This document shows positions 14,857 through 27,704 of a stretch of 64,000 nt of DNA, piece by piece. How positions within the stretch are numbered: the first letter of the stretch is position 1; each line of letters starts with the position of its first letter. The DNA is from Vermamoeba vermiformis (lineage: Eukaryota): NCBI GenBank assembly GCA_045837725.1, contig JBEWZL010000179.1:558001-622000 (forward strand), read 5' to 3'. A program made the position numbers and the translations under genes. Below the pieces are notes generated by a model. That model did not search any database. It was not told where the DNA came from and saw only the letters and a list, made by a program, of their open reading frames with translations.

Positions 14857-17250
14857 ATGATGCAAAAGCTGCTAGCGTCCAAAACGGATGCACTTCGCAC
14901 GATCTCTCTTGTAGTCGGAGCTTTTATGCTGCTTGGCATGGGTAAGTCTATGAAAGTATTAATTAATACAATATTAAGCTACCATAACGCATCAAAATGC
15001 AATTAGTGAAAGATCTCAAAATATGAAAAATCGCAATCTTCACCAGAATTTTCAAAAATATTTCCCATATCGTATAATACCACACAATATAATATAGTGC
15101 ATATATTATTCTGAATTATACGAATTGAAATTATTTGATCGGAATTTTAAAACCGGAACAGATCCGACGAGAAAAATACGTTTGTGAACCTGCTCTTTGA
15201 AAGCTCATACAGCATTATACTGACATTAATTTTCATCAGGCACATTATACAGCTATTCAACGTATTCGCCAGTGCTGAAAGTCCGATTAAATTATTCTGA
15301 AACTGAAACAAATGCCGTTAGCGCTGTTGGAGGCCTTGGCGCGTAAGTAAATTCATTTAATATGCTTTTTAATATGATAATAAATTATAATTTTCAAGGT
15401 ATATTGGAGCTATTCCCGTTGGATTATTTTACGATCGTTTTGGACCTCGGTGGACTTTTCTTGGCGCTGGATCTCTCATATTTAGTACGACTTAACGCAC
15501 TAATATTGATCCAAATATATACTAATAATTTATGATTATTATAGTCGGTTATTTTTCGATGTTCGCGGCACTTCAAGGCTGGATCATGCAGAGTGCTTTC
15601 TTTGTCGGACTTTATTTCTGGATCGCTAGTACGTAGAACAATCTAAAAGTAAATTAGCGATAATTAACTTATTTAAATAGTTCTTGGCAGTGTTGGTACA
15701 TTTGAAGCAGTTTTGGCTACGAACACGAAAAATTTTAAATCGCAACAACGCGGCAAAGTACGGATCCAAACACCAACGCAAAATAATATAATAATTAATT
15801 GTTATTTAGGTCGTTGGAATGACATTAGGAGCCTTTGGGTTAAGTGCTGCAGCCGTGACTCAAGTCTTCAAATTTTTCTTCGCAGAGAACGAGAACATTG
15901 ACGGATTTTTGCTGTTTTTGAGCATCGCTTTGGCCTCACTTTCCTATTTAGGAATGTTGGCTGTTCGACACGTAAGTTTCGTCTGTGAAAAAATTATAAG
16001 TGACACGTGTCAAGTTGCAACAACTAACGCGCATCATTTTGTTAGCTCCCGCCTGAAGAAAATAAACCACAAAGTAAATCTTTGCCAAAATTTAACGCAA
16101 GATGACTAACCTAACATTTCCCTTTTTTAGAAATGGTGAGGACGAAGTTGGACTCTGATTCAGACGAGATGCTCGATGAAGATGAGCTGTTATTTGAATA
16201 TGACGACGAGACGACAGCACTCGACGATGAAAATTCCAATTTAGGAAGTCAAATCAACAGACCCAAATTCGGCGACTTGACTGGACTTTCATTGATCAAA
16301 GAACCACAATTCTTCGTGCTATGGATCACTGTATTCTTTATTGGAGGTGTAAGTGGCACTCAGACCACGCTAATATGGAAATATTCCTAATATGGTAATA
16401 TCTTATCAGGCTGGCTTGTCGTTTTTGAACGTGTTAGGCGGGGTTGTAAAATCTTGGCAAATTACAACTTTAAACCGCTCAACTTACGTTATAATATCAT
16501 CATTAGCCAATTTTTGCGGTCGTTTAGTATTTGGAAGCTGCGTTGATTTTGTGTAAGCTCCGATCTAAATCCACATCCGAGTCAATTTTTTTTGAATTAA
16601 CGAGCCAATTTATTATATAGGCGTACAAGAGGCATTCCAACTATTATATTGTTGATACCAGTAGCGTTGATTATGGCTGTTTTCCAACTGATGATGGCTT
16701 TCATTACGAATTGGTTCTTGTTGGTCGTCGCTACTTTCGGCATCACGTTTGCATACGGAGGTAAATTCAGCCTAATAACTATGATACGATTAGTACTAAC
16801 TCGACACCTAGGAATGTTTGCCGTGTATATTTATTGTATCAATAGTTACTTTGGCGACAAACATTATGCGCAAAACGTTGGTTGGCTCGGTACGTAAAAT
16901 TTCACTGGAATCTATTACTTTCTTATCGTTCTAATGCACATGTAGTGTTATTATGCACATAATAATTAATTTTATTGCGTTTAGGTGTTGCAGTTGGTAG
17001 CGGAGGATTTTTGTTGAGTTTTATTGCTGGTAGATTGTACGACAACAACGTGCCCGTAGAAAATCAATCAACGCATCAATGCTTTGGTCAAGTGTGCTAC
17101 ATGTACGGATTTATCATTACAGCGGTGTGTTGCTTGTTCCCAATTGCACTTGTGGTGTTCTTGTCAAGGCGTGAACGAGAAAAAGATCAATTCAGACAAA
17201 AGCTCGAAGTGTTTTCATTCACAAGAGTATTTAATATTAATTCTAATTAA
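14857..17250 (+). CDS. MFS transporter, nodulin-like/Mch1-type; intact copy
   Basis: GTLYSYSTYSPVLK..., GAIPVGLFYDRFGPR (MFS motif A-like), NFCGRLVFG and AGRLYD, plus many hydrophobic helices across about 12 exons. Confidence 0.9.
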
Positions 17251-17290
17251 ACTAAAGTAAAAACAACAAAAATGAGATTATTCTACCATT

Positions 17291-19937
17291 TCAAACTTGT
17301 TTTTGCACAACTGTTTCCTCAGGAGTGAATTCTGCATCTTGGAAAACTGGTGCAAAACCAAAGTACGACTGATATATGGGTGACACTATTGCACTTGCTT
17401 CCAATACACTGGCACGCTTGGTCATTTCCTCAGCCTCTGTCTTAGCGTCTTCTGCACTTTTCTTTTGGGTCAATATCTCTAGCACTGCTTCAACTGCCTT
17501 CTCCATTTCCACTTGTTGTGCCTCTGTTCTACTTGACAGTCTAACAAGCTCAAGTTGTGGAATAAAGGCTGTAAGTTCACTTAAATTTGGTTGTTTTGCC
17601 TTGTCCACAGCAGAAATCATAGCGTCGTGGAGCCCCTGCATAAATGAATAATGGCACTCCAAATTATTAATTAACATACCTGTGCAGTTTCAGGCACTAC
17701 AGAAGCTAACCCAATAAAGTAGAAATTTGGAGCTTTGAGGACAGTCAATGCATTGTTTGCAACCTTGGGCCCATTGAACTTTGATACATCAGTTAACTGA
17801 ATACAAAAATCAATATCATACCTTTCCTTTGTTTTGTTTGGCCTGGAATCCAATAAAAATATCTTGACCATTCAGTTTGGCAGGCAACACTATGTCTGCA
17901 AATTCAGATGACTTCCCATCAATTGTGATGACTTGCTTCTCCCCAATTTCTTTAAGAAGGGCAGTGTTAGCAGTACTAAGTTGCTCAGTTAGCACTACTA
18001 CACCGTTCAGAACCACCTGCATTGTAAATGAGTGTTTGCAGTAAGTCTAATTAACTCCTACCTTAGCAGTTTGAAGTTCGGCAGGCAAATTGGTGCAATT
18101 GAAAATATCTCTCAGTTCAACCTCTGTACTTCCTTCACTCACCAACTTGTATCTTGCGTAAATACTTGCAGCTGCTGCATGCTCAAAGCATTTGCCTTTG
18201 ATGTTACCATCTTCAACTGAGCAGTTGGTATGCAGAATTAGTGTGCTTAGTGAAATATCAAATGGTTTCCAATGCTTAGAAGTCACAGTAGTTTGTAACA
18301 GAGCCAGGGGCTTGAAAACATCATTGTAGGAGTAAAGAAAGGGTCGAGTGTACTTCTTTGTATTTTCATCAATTTTAGTCCACTGAGTCAGATAGCCTTC
18401 TTCTTCCAAAATTTGTGGTTCCAAATCTATATCAGAAATCTTTTCTTTGATTTTCATTTGCCAACAAAGTGCTGCTTTAATGTCCAGTAGTTCAATTGCT
18501 TGCTCAATCCTCTTTTGTTCTTCTGCACTCGTGCAATTTTTCAATTTGTCATTTAACAAATCTGAGGATGTGGCACTGGGGAAGAGACCTTCAAGTCTGG
18601 CTTCTAAAGAAGCTGAAACGTCTTTCAGTTCTCGTTCAAGGTCGTCTAATACAAATAATTGTCTTGTTGATGTAGAAATTGCATTCTTTGTGCTATGGTA
18701 ATCCTCCAGCTTAATGAGATACGCAAGGGCAACTTCCATCATAATTTCAATTCCTCGTGGTAAACCAAAAGCTCTGTAAAATAGCTTCACAAGAGTTTTA
18801 GCTGTTTGATCATGCAAGACATCTGCCTGAGTTGAGTCTGTTGTGGGAGTCTTGAACAACGATTTGCCCAAGTACTGCTTAGCTATTACATCCAAGTATT
18901 TTGCATTAAGTAAATTCTCCATTGAGGCTCTAACTAGTTCATAGCTTGTTGCGGTTTTAGGAAAACTTCCGGGAACAATTGTGCCAGTAACCATCCAAAA
19001 AGCTGCACTATTGCTAAGTTCAAGTCTTTTTACAGCAGCATCTCTTAGCAATAAGTAAATAAGATCCTCTGTTTGTGTGCCTGCAGATCTTTTGCTGTAA
19101 TACTACCATGAAATTAATAAAGTCTGGAGAATTATTGAAACTTACTTGACACTCATCAATTCCAAAGATGAGCAGATTTCTGTCAATGCCAGATACATCA
19201 AAAGGGTACTTTGTTGGTGGTTTGCAGAATTGGTCAACACATGCATTGAATAGGTCAACACATTCACGAACTCTATCAAACTTGTCTCCAATGAATTTAG
19301 CTGTAATAGTAAATGGCTGGCCTCTGAATATGACTTGTTTATCGCTGAATCGATCAAGTATGCTGTCTTTAATCATGTCACTGATTGCTGCAAATAAAGT
19401 AAGTAGTGTTTAGCGAATTAGCTGGACTTACAGTTCTTTTCAGATAGTTGTGAAGAAGAGCTTATAATAATCATTCGTTGCATGAAAACAGTCTTGTACA
19501 ATGCATTAACAAAGGCTTGTCGATCGGTTAATGTTCCTTTTACACCCCTCCAATTGCCGGACTAAAAATTTTTCAATGATCTGAGGATCATTAAGAGCAT
19601 GATAGCTCCATTCTATCAATAATCGAGTTTTGCCACTGCCAGGGTTCATTGTTTGAACTGCATAGGCTGGTTTTTGATTAGGATCTAGGAAGTTACTGTA
19701 TGCAGCCTGCAATAGTGCCATGACGATTTCCTCTCGATTGAGAAATGGTGCACGTGTGGGCGAACCAATCCATTCATATTTGTAAGGTGACATATTCGGC
19801 AACGGGAACAGCAATTGTTTGCCGTTGATGTGAAGAGTTAGAACTTCTTGTGTTCGCAAAGAAGGAAAATCTGCGACAGTGAGCTTTTGCGCGGGTGTGT
19901 CTTGCGCTATCTCGGTCTTGTCCTGTGGAAACGCCAT
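17291..19937 (-). CDS. P-loop NTPase (STAND/Crinkler CR-NTPase-like) fused to putative PD-(D/E)xK nuclease, copy A; apparent +1 frameshift near 19545
   Basis: Walker A NPGSGKT, Walker B LLIFGIDECQ, GLPR motif. C-terminal GKCFEH...FADIVL...IGFQAK. Five GT-AG introns splice in frame. Homology to copy B requires removal of one base near the GGGG run at 19545-19548. Confidence 0.75.
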
Positions 19938-20330
19938 TTTGGAAGAGGTGAAATAAGCTGCATGAAAGATCAGCGCGTGACAAACTGGATTTCAGGCCAA
20001 CTACTTTACCTGCGGTCGGAGGTTTGTTCCGTAGAGATTTACGTGCAATTAAAGGTTTATTAATGATCTGGGTGCCTGATAAAATATATTATTACAATAA
20101 AAATAATATTTGAATAGTTAGATATAAAATTAAATTAATTAATTCATCCGCGCTATCTTTGGATTTAAATTCTATCGCAAAAAATTAACCTATATTTGTT
20201 GAACCCAAATTATTGGTTTGCAAATGCAAATATCAAGAGTCTTACCTAATCCGAACACCTTCGCCGGCGAGAGAGGCCTCTTGGTGAGGCCAGTCTTGAT
20301 TATCGAGGACAAAAAATGCCTAAGCATAAG

Positions 20331-22128
20331 TTACTCGGACTGCTGAGGTGTGGTAGTGAGCTCACTCGTATTTGAATACAAATTACAAGCGGGGATCAGC
20401 TCGGTCAGTTCCCAAACGACAATAGAGCCCTTAATAGTACCAGCGACTACGTACTTCTCATCGTGCGAGATATCAGCTTGGTTAACTATCTCATTGGGAC
20501 CTTCGAGCTGATCCACAACGGCGGATGTGTCCGGGTTGATCAGCGTTACAGTAGGACTGCCGTGAATCAACGAAGCTACCAATCCGCTCTTTGACTATAA
20601 TATAAGTATTAGTACCATAATTAGCAATGGCATTAGTTTTTGAAAACGTTCAAACGAGATCCAAGATCGTTTCAAAATTTCGAATTGTTTCTTACCATAG
20701 ATCCTGTCATGGAATAGGTTTGATTGAAAAATGATACTTTAAAGGGCTCTAAATTAGAATATGATAGCTTCTTAATCTGATTATCGTTCGTATTGAGCCA
20801 AACGGTCTTGTGCTCGGTGTCCATAATAAAATTCATTAACGGACAGTTCGTAGTCAATTTCTTTGCCTTCATTAAATTGAAATTAAATTCTGGCGGCAAA
20901 TTCTTGTACCTAACCATTAACGACCATTAGTACAATTCAATTCGTCGGATCACATCCAAAAAGCATTAAAAAATTGCCGAATAGCTTGTACGAAACAAAT
21001 ATTATAAAAAACTGGTGCATTGATACAATGTTTTCAATTAATAAATTAAAATCATTAAAATCTGTAGAAATGTTTTTCGTTCTTACGCGCATCTGGCCGA
21101 CGCAATCACCGGTCAACAAATACCCATCATCGCCGACTTCAATCGTGCTAATAGAGTTACAAGGGTGTTCTTTCTCGCTCCACGAATCATCGTCTTCTTC
21201 AGTCTTCGTGCGGCGGAAGTGCTTTTGAATTATGTTACCGCATGAAACCGGATGCAGTTGATGCCAGTGCCGAGTTTATAAGAGGTAATTTTCTTTTGTT
21301 GTGCAACATTCCACAATCGAATGATATTGTCTTTGCCACACATAAGCAAATGGTCCTTATTGAACGACCTAGCAACGAGGGTCAGATCCAGATCTTGCAT
21401 CTTCCGTATCATTAGGATTATATCTCAACGTACCAATCAAAGTCCACTATTCCGTTCTTATGCGCATTCAAAGTGAATTTGACTTCATTTGTCGCGCAGT
21501 CGTACAGCATCAAATTGCCGTCGTTGGATGCACACGTCACCACCTAAAATCACATTAGTCACACTACCACATTACACATGCAATATTATGTGATTAAAAT
21601 CCAAAATATTACAATAGCTTTGTTAGTACGGTACTATAATCATAACGTGACCACGCGATATCTATTAGATGTGGAGACTAACTTACGGAGGTAGATCCGG
21701 GCAAAAATCTGACGTTGGTGACGTAAGATTTGAACGGCTGGCTCATCTTGACCATGACGTAGCTATTCATGCATTTCATATTAATCACGGTTTATACGAA
21801 CTAATGCTAGACTTACGTCTTTTTAGGCGTTATTTCATCGGATTTTTGCGGAGATAAATTTATCGGTGTTGTGATAAATTAACGGGCGTTGTTTCGGCAC
21901 TTGTTTTCAAATTACCATTTGGTAATACTGATTCTTTGATAATAAGTGTATCCTTGTTATTATAATTGTTGGCTTCGATATTCGTTGATTTTGTTAAGTA
22001 TTCTCTGGAAGACGTTTTGGTGACCGCACCATTTTAATTTCTGTCGCAGCTTCTTTTGGCTTGTCTTCGAATTTATATTATTTTCTTTTTTATGATCGTC
22101 TTCATTAGTTGTTTCGAGATCTGCTTCA
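20331..22128 (-). pseudogene. Decayed copy of the WDR13-like WD40 gene
   Basis: Near-identical peptides to 28206-30788, but it lacks the MNNNQFIIGD...VIL segment (deletion near 21220) and the 5' end is deleted. Confidence 0.85.
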
Positions 22129-23580
22129 ATTCTGTTCAACGCATCATCGCGGATCGTCTCAGCGCGACCGACACAAATATCACGTGACATTGTCGTGAAG
22201 TCCCACGCAAGTTGAAGTTGTTTGCGTGCAAATCCTCTATTTGCCAAAATAGGAAATATTGATTCGTCGAATTGTTGTCATCGCCGTCTCGTAACTTTTT
22301 GAATTGGTCAGAGGCCTCGATGAGATCGCCTGATTGGCAAATAAATTTCTAATGCCGACTACGTATCTCGTAGCCCAATCTAAAGGCACTGCAGGTTGAA
22401 TCACGAGCAACGGATCGACTGGATCGTGCGCACCCACTTCGGCCCAGTGCGGAATTTTTTCACCAGCCCTTGCGTTAATGATCACAGTAGCGGCTAAATA
22501 TACGCCAGTATCGGTCCATCCATTTGAACTGATGTCGTTGAACTTGGCCAACAACCGACTCATCACGCTGAACCCATCAAGTTCGTTCCAATACTGCATG
22601 TTCCAACTCCCTCCGCCTTTGATGGGAGGCATTCTATCAGCAGGTAGTGCCAGCCTTAATCCAGTGGCACTCGTTTGGTCTTGTATAGTGTAATCGTCGG
22701 ACGGCCACGGCAGCGCCAAGTTGCTCTCGGGCGGGTTCCAATCCGGCACCATCAGCAAGGCAATCAAGCTCACGAGGAGTAGAACCAATGCTGCTACTGC
22801 TAACACGATGAATCCAAATTGAACAGCTATTATTCCGCGCGATTTTTGATCGATGCTGTCGTCATTAGCGTAAAGTGAAATGATCGGTGAGATCCGCAGC
22901 GTGTACACGATCAAAACAGCCAAAGCTATCAAAATATTATAAGAATGATCGTTAATAGATATTATGCAACTTACCTATTTGAATAATAACGGCTATAACA
23001 GAGAATGCAATATAAGTTTGGATTGTTCGCCACATCCACTCCCAATCTTCGTTAACTTCGCCCGATGGCTCAACAAAGAATCCCTGAGAGTATTGTTATC
23101 ATATATCACGTATATCCGTTTGTATTTGCATACCTTTAATTGGCTGGGAACGTACCACATGACTACAATATTAATAATACAAATGAATAGATCGCGGCCA
23201 AAACATGGCCTGACATGCGATGACGCATAAACACAAACCTAAATAATTGATTAATATAATGCTATTATTTATGATAGTTTACTTACCAAGGCACGCAAAG
23301 GTGCAGTTTAAAAATAGTTCGAGGGTCATTTTCATTTCTTTTAAATAACGCGTTTTAATGTTAAAAATAGCATTAAAATATCTCAATATGCATAAATAAC
23401 TTACTGATATTTTTTTTAATTTAGTTTGTCGCGCTAGCAAGTCTGACGAAATGATCAGATCGTCTTCTTCGACTCCAACATCAAAATCATTGTAGTCCTC
23501 CGGCAAATCTTAAAGAGCTCGATGTCTTCATCTTCCTCATGGAAGGTGTAGCTCATTCGTGCAGTCGTTGTGCAGCATCT
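22124..23580 (-). pseudogene. Truncated copy of the membrane-anchored hydrolase gene
   Basis: Matches 33016-34660 with internal deletions and frameshifts (~22240-22340, ~23320). The whole catalytic half is missing. Confidence 0.88.
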
Positions 23581-23854
23581 GCGACGTCAAAAAATAGTAA
23601 AACTTACGCGACAATTTTCAATAACACCATTGTGTGAGGAACACAAACCAAGAAAGGTTAGGCGTAATGTGTGGCTAGCCTCACTTGTACTTAACTATGA
23701 CGAATTGAACGACTAAACGGTTACTTTCGGTTGTAAATTTTAGATCTGCTCTAATTTCCCAGGTAGACTATCGTCGACTGCTACTAGACAAGGCTCGACA
23801 CAGCAAATATTTTAAATTATTTATTAATTTAATTTTTTTGTCTTCTTTAGTTTA

Positions 23855-24937
23855 ACACGGTGCTGTTGGAGGTCTTGGCGGTAAATTCATTTAATCAGCT
23901 TTGGTAAGTTAAATCATTTAATATAGTTAATCTTATAATTTTCAAGGTATATTGGAGCTATTCCCGTTGGATTATTTTCCGATCGTTTTGGACCTCGGTG
24001 GACTTTTCTTGGCGCTGGATCTCTCATATTTAGTACGACTTAACGCACTCATACTGATCCAAATATACTAAGGATTAATAATTGCTATAGTCGGTTATTT
24101 TTCGATGTTCGCGGCCCTTCAAGGCTGGATCATGCAAAGCGATTTCTTTGTCGGACTTTATTTCTGGATCGCAAGTACGTAGAAACAATTCAAATTAAAT
24201 TAGCGTGCAATTAACTTATTTAAATAGTTCTTGGCATTATTGGTTCATTTGAAGCAGTTTTGGCGACAAACACGAAAAATTTTAAATCGCAACAAAATTA
24301 CAACTTTGAACCGCTCAACCTATGTTATAATATCATCATTAGCCAATTTTTGTGGTCGATTAGTATTTGGAAGCTGCGTTGATTTTGTGTAAGTTCCGAT
24401 CTAAATCCACATCCGAAACAATAATTTTTGGCATCACGTTTGCTTACGGAGGTAAATATAACGTCATAAATACTATATGATTAGTATTAACTCGAATCTA
24501 GGAATGTTTGCGGTCTATATTTACTGCATTAATAGTTATTTTGGCGACAAACATTACACACAAAACGTGGGTTGGCTTGGTACGTAAAAACTCATTCCAG
24601 GAATTACGCATTGAAATATTAATACTATATGAGATGCATAGGTAATTATTGACGTTTTTTGTTGTCTTTAGGTGTTGCAGTTGGTAGCGGAGGATTTTTG
24701 TTAAGTTTTATTGTGGGACAATTGTACGACAACAACGTGCCTGGAGAAAACGAATCAACACATCAAAGCTTCGGCCAAGTGTGTTACATGTACGGATTTA
24801 TCATCACAGCAGTGTGCTGCTTGTTCCCAATTGCACTCATAGTCTTCTTGTCCAAGCGTGAACGAGAAAAAGATCAATTCAGACAGAAACTCGAAGTCTA
24901 TTCATTCACAAGAGTATTTAATATTAATTCAAATTAA
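23855..24937 (+). pseudogene. 5'-truncated, internally deleted copy of the MFS transporter
   Basis: Starts mid-exon 2. Jumps from the equivalent of 15748 to 16458 at ~24295, and from ~16580 to ~16738 at ~24420. Confidence 0.9.
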
Positions 24938-24957
24938 AAGCAAAGGAGCATCTCCAA

Positions 24958-27704
24958 TTACTTATTGGACTTCTTTGAGTGTAAAGCTTCCTTCTCCTGA
25001 CTAACCCTGGCTGAACAACCAAGCTCCTTGTCTCCAAAAGCAGATGCAAATCCAAAGTAGGTTTGGTAAATTGGGGATAAAATGTCTTTTGCAGACAAGA
25101 TACTGACTCGTTTGGTCATTTCTCTCACTGCCTTCTCTGCTTCAGCCGTGCTTTGTTTTGGTTCTAGTTTCTCAACTAAATTTACCAGCTCCTCACACAA
25201 TGGGATAAGCTTTTCTAGGTCGTGCATTGCTGATTTCATTGCTGTTTGCAGGTCTTGCAGTTCCACTTCAATTTTGTCTAATGGAAGAGCAGCCCTCGCC
25301 TTGGCTTGTTTTTTTGCAATTGTGATCATTTTTGCATGTACCTAGGATGGAGATTAGGCTGGTAACAGTGTCTGATCTGAATTCTTACTGTTGCTGCGCT
25401 TTGAGGTACAACTTCTAACCCTACAAAGTAGAAGTTTGGAATTTGAAGAACAACCAAAGCATTCTCAGCAGCTTTCATCAAGTTGAGCTTGAATTTCATT
25501 AGACTATAATAACAAAACTAATGACATACTGATCCTTTGCTTTGTTTTGTATGGAAACCAATAAAGATGTCACTGCCATCCATCTTTGCAGGCATGAGTA
25601 CATCAGCAAACTTAGATGATTGTTCATCAATGGCAATAACTTGTTTTTTTGCAGTTTCTTGCAAGATTGCTGCTGAATTGCCATTGAATTGCTGCTTCAG
25701 TACAACTACTCCCTTTAAAGTCACCTGAAACTCAATCAGACATTTCAAACATGCCAAGGGCTATTGGACTCTATGCTTACCTTAGCAGTGTGAAGCTCTG
25801 CAGGTAAAGTCTTGCAATCAAAAATGTTCTGCAATTCAACTTCAGAAGTACTATCTGCCTGGCTTGCCAAAATGTAGCATGCATAAATACTTGCTGCTAT
25901 TGCATGTATAAAACTTCTGCCTCTAGTCTTGCTGTTGTCAAGAACATTTGAGCAAAGGGGATGAATAGTGAGCATGCTATATGAGATATCAAATGGCTCC
26001 CAATGTTCAGAGTGCACTGTGCTCTGCAACAGTGACAAGGGTTTGGTTGCATCTACATGTGAGTGCAGAAATGGTCTGGTGTACTGCTTTTTGTTCTCAT
26101 TAATCTTTGCCCACTGAATTAAGTACCCTCTTTCTTCTAATACTTGAGGTGCCACTTCAAGATGGGGGAGGTTTTCTTTGATATCAAGTGGCAAACAAAA
26201 CGCTGCTTTAATGTCCAAAAGTTCAAGTGCTTGGGATACCAGCTTTTTTTCTTCTGCGGTGCATCTTTGCATTCTGGCCTCAATTTCAGGAGTAGTTGCA
26301 GAATGTGGGAATTCTTTGGCCAGTCCTTCATCCAATGTGTTTGAAATTCCTTTTAGGTAATTTTTCACCTTTTCAGGATAAACATCAGTACAGTTAAGCC
26401 ATTTGTTCATTGAGTAGATTTTCTCTATGTCCACCAGGCCTTTGTATGCAACTTGCAATAAAATCTCTATTCCTCTTGGTACACCAAAAGCTTGATAGAA
26501 CAGTCCAATGAGGATTTTGGCTGTTTGTTTGTGTAGGGCACTAGTACATTGAAGTGATTAATTTAACATACAAGTAAAAAGTTGTTACCTTGAAGTAGAG
26601 CTTTGTACTTCTGTATTTGGTAAGCATTTGCCAAAATATTGTTCTGCAATGGTGTTCAAGCAAGTTGCAGAGAGCAGATTCTCCATTGAAGCTTTGATCA
26701 AGTGGTAACTGCTTCCCTTGTCTTCATATCTCCCTGGTACAATTGTACCAGTTACAAGCCAAAAATAGCTGGAGTTTCTAAGTTCTATTCTTGCTGTAGC
26801 AGCAGAGCTCAGTACCTTGTAAATAAAGTCATCTTCTTTGGTGTCAGCTTTGGATTTGTTACTGCAAACCTGCCAAACATAGTTAGATGAGTATTGGAGT
26901 GATTTGATTACTTGGCATTCATCCAGACCAAAGATGAGCAGCCTCCTTTCAACTGTATCAACTTCAAATGGATACTCTGTTGGTGGATCACAGAACTTGT
27001 CAACTAGAGCACCAAATAGATCAATAAACTCTGCTACACTGCCAATAAAGCTATTCTTCCAGGCTGTGTTGATTTTGAGTGTTTTTGCTTTGAAAGAGAC
27101 TTTTTCATTTGCAAATCTAGCCATTATATTGTGTTTAATGATTGCCTTAAGGACTAACAAGGATAAGCATGCAAACCCTCAGTGGTGGGAACTTACTTTC
27201 ACTTGGATCTGACTCAACTGGCAAGTTTTCTGCATTCATGATCAGGATTTGTTGCATGAAAGCTGTTTTGTACAAGGCATTGATAAAGACTTTTCGATTC
27301 AATTCTGTTCCATCAACATTGCCTGCCAATAAAAACTCTTGAACAATCTCAGGATCATTGAGAGCATGGTAGATCCATTCTATCATGAGACGAGACTTTC
27401 CACTGCCTGGATGCATAGTTTGAACTGCATAAGTTGGCTTCTTATTAGGCTGGGAAAAATTGTCGTATGCAGCTTGCAACATTGCTGAAAGAATTTGCTT
27501 TCTGTTGAGAAATGGTGCGCGCTCTGAAGATCCAGTCCATGTTGCTTGAGCATCAGTGCTCATGTCTGGCAAAGGGAATGGCAAAATCTTATTGTTGATT
27601 TTAAGCTGAAGGACCGTTTTGGTTTGAAGGTAACGAAAATCCTCAGGTTTTTTCATTTGCAGTTTTATGTCTTGGCTTCTTTTAGAAACCGTTGGAGCTG
27701 CCAT
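24958..27704 (-). CDS. P-loop NTPase + nuclease-like protein, copy B; reading frame intact
   Basis: Walker A HPGSGKS, Walker B LLIFGLDECQ, GVPR. C-terminal GRSFIH...FADVLM...IGFHTK. Six introns, five at positions comparable to copy A. Confidence 0.8.

Noticed and set aside
17250-20330. NTPase-nuclease cassette as a classical transposon
   Set aside because: I found no terminal inverted repeats, target-site duplication, transposase or RT motifs by eye.
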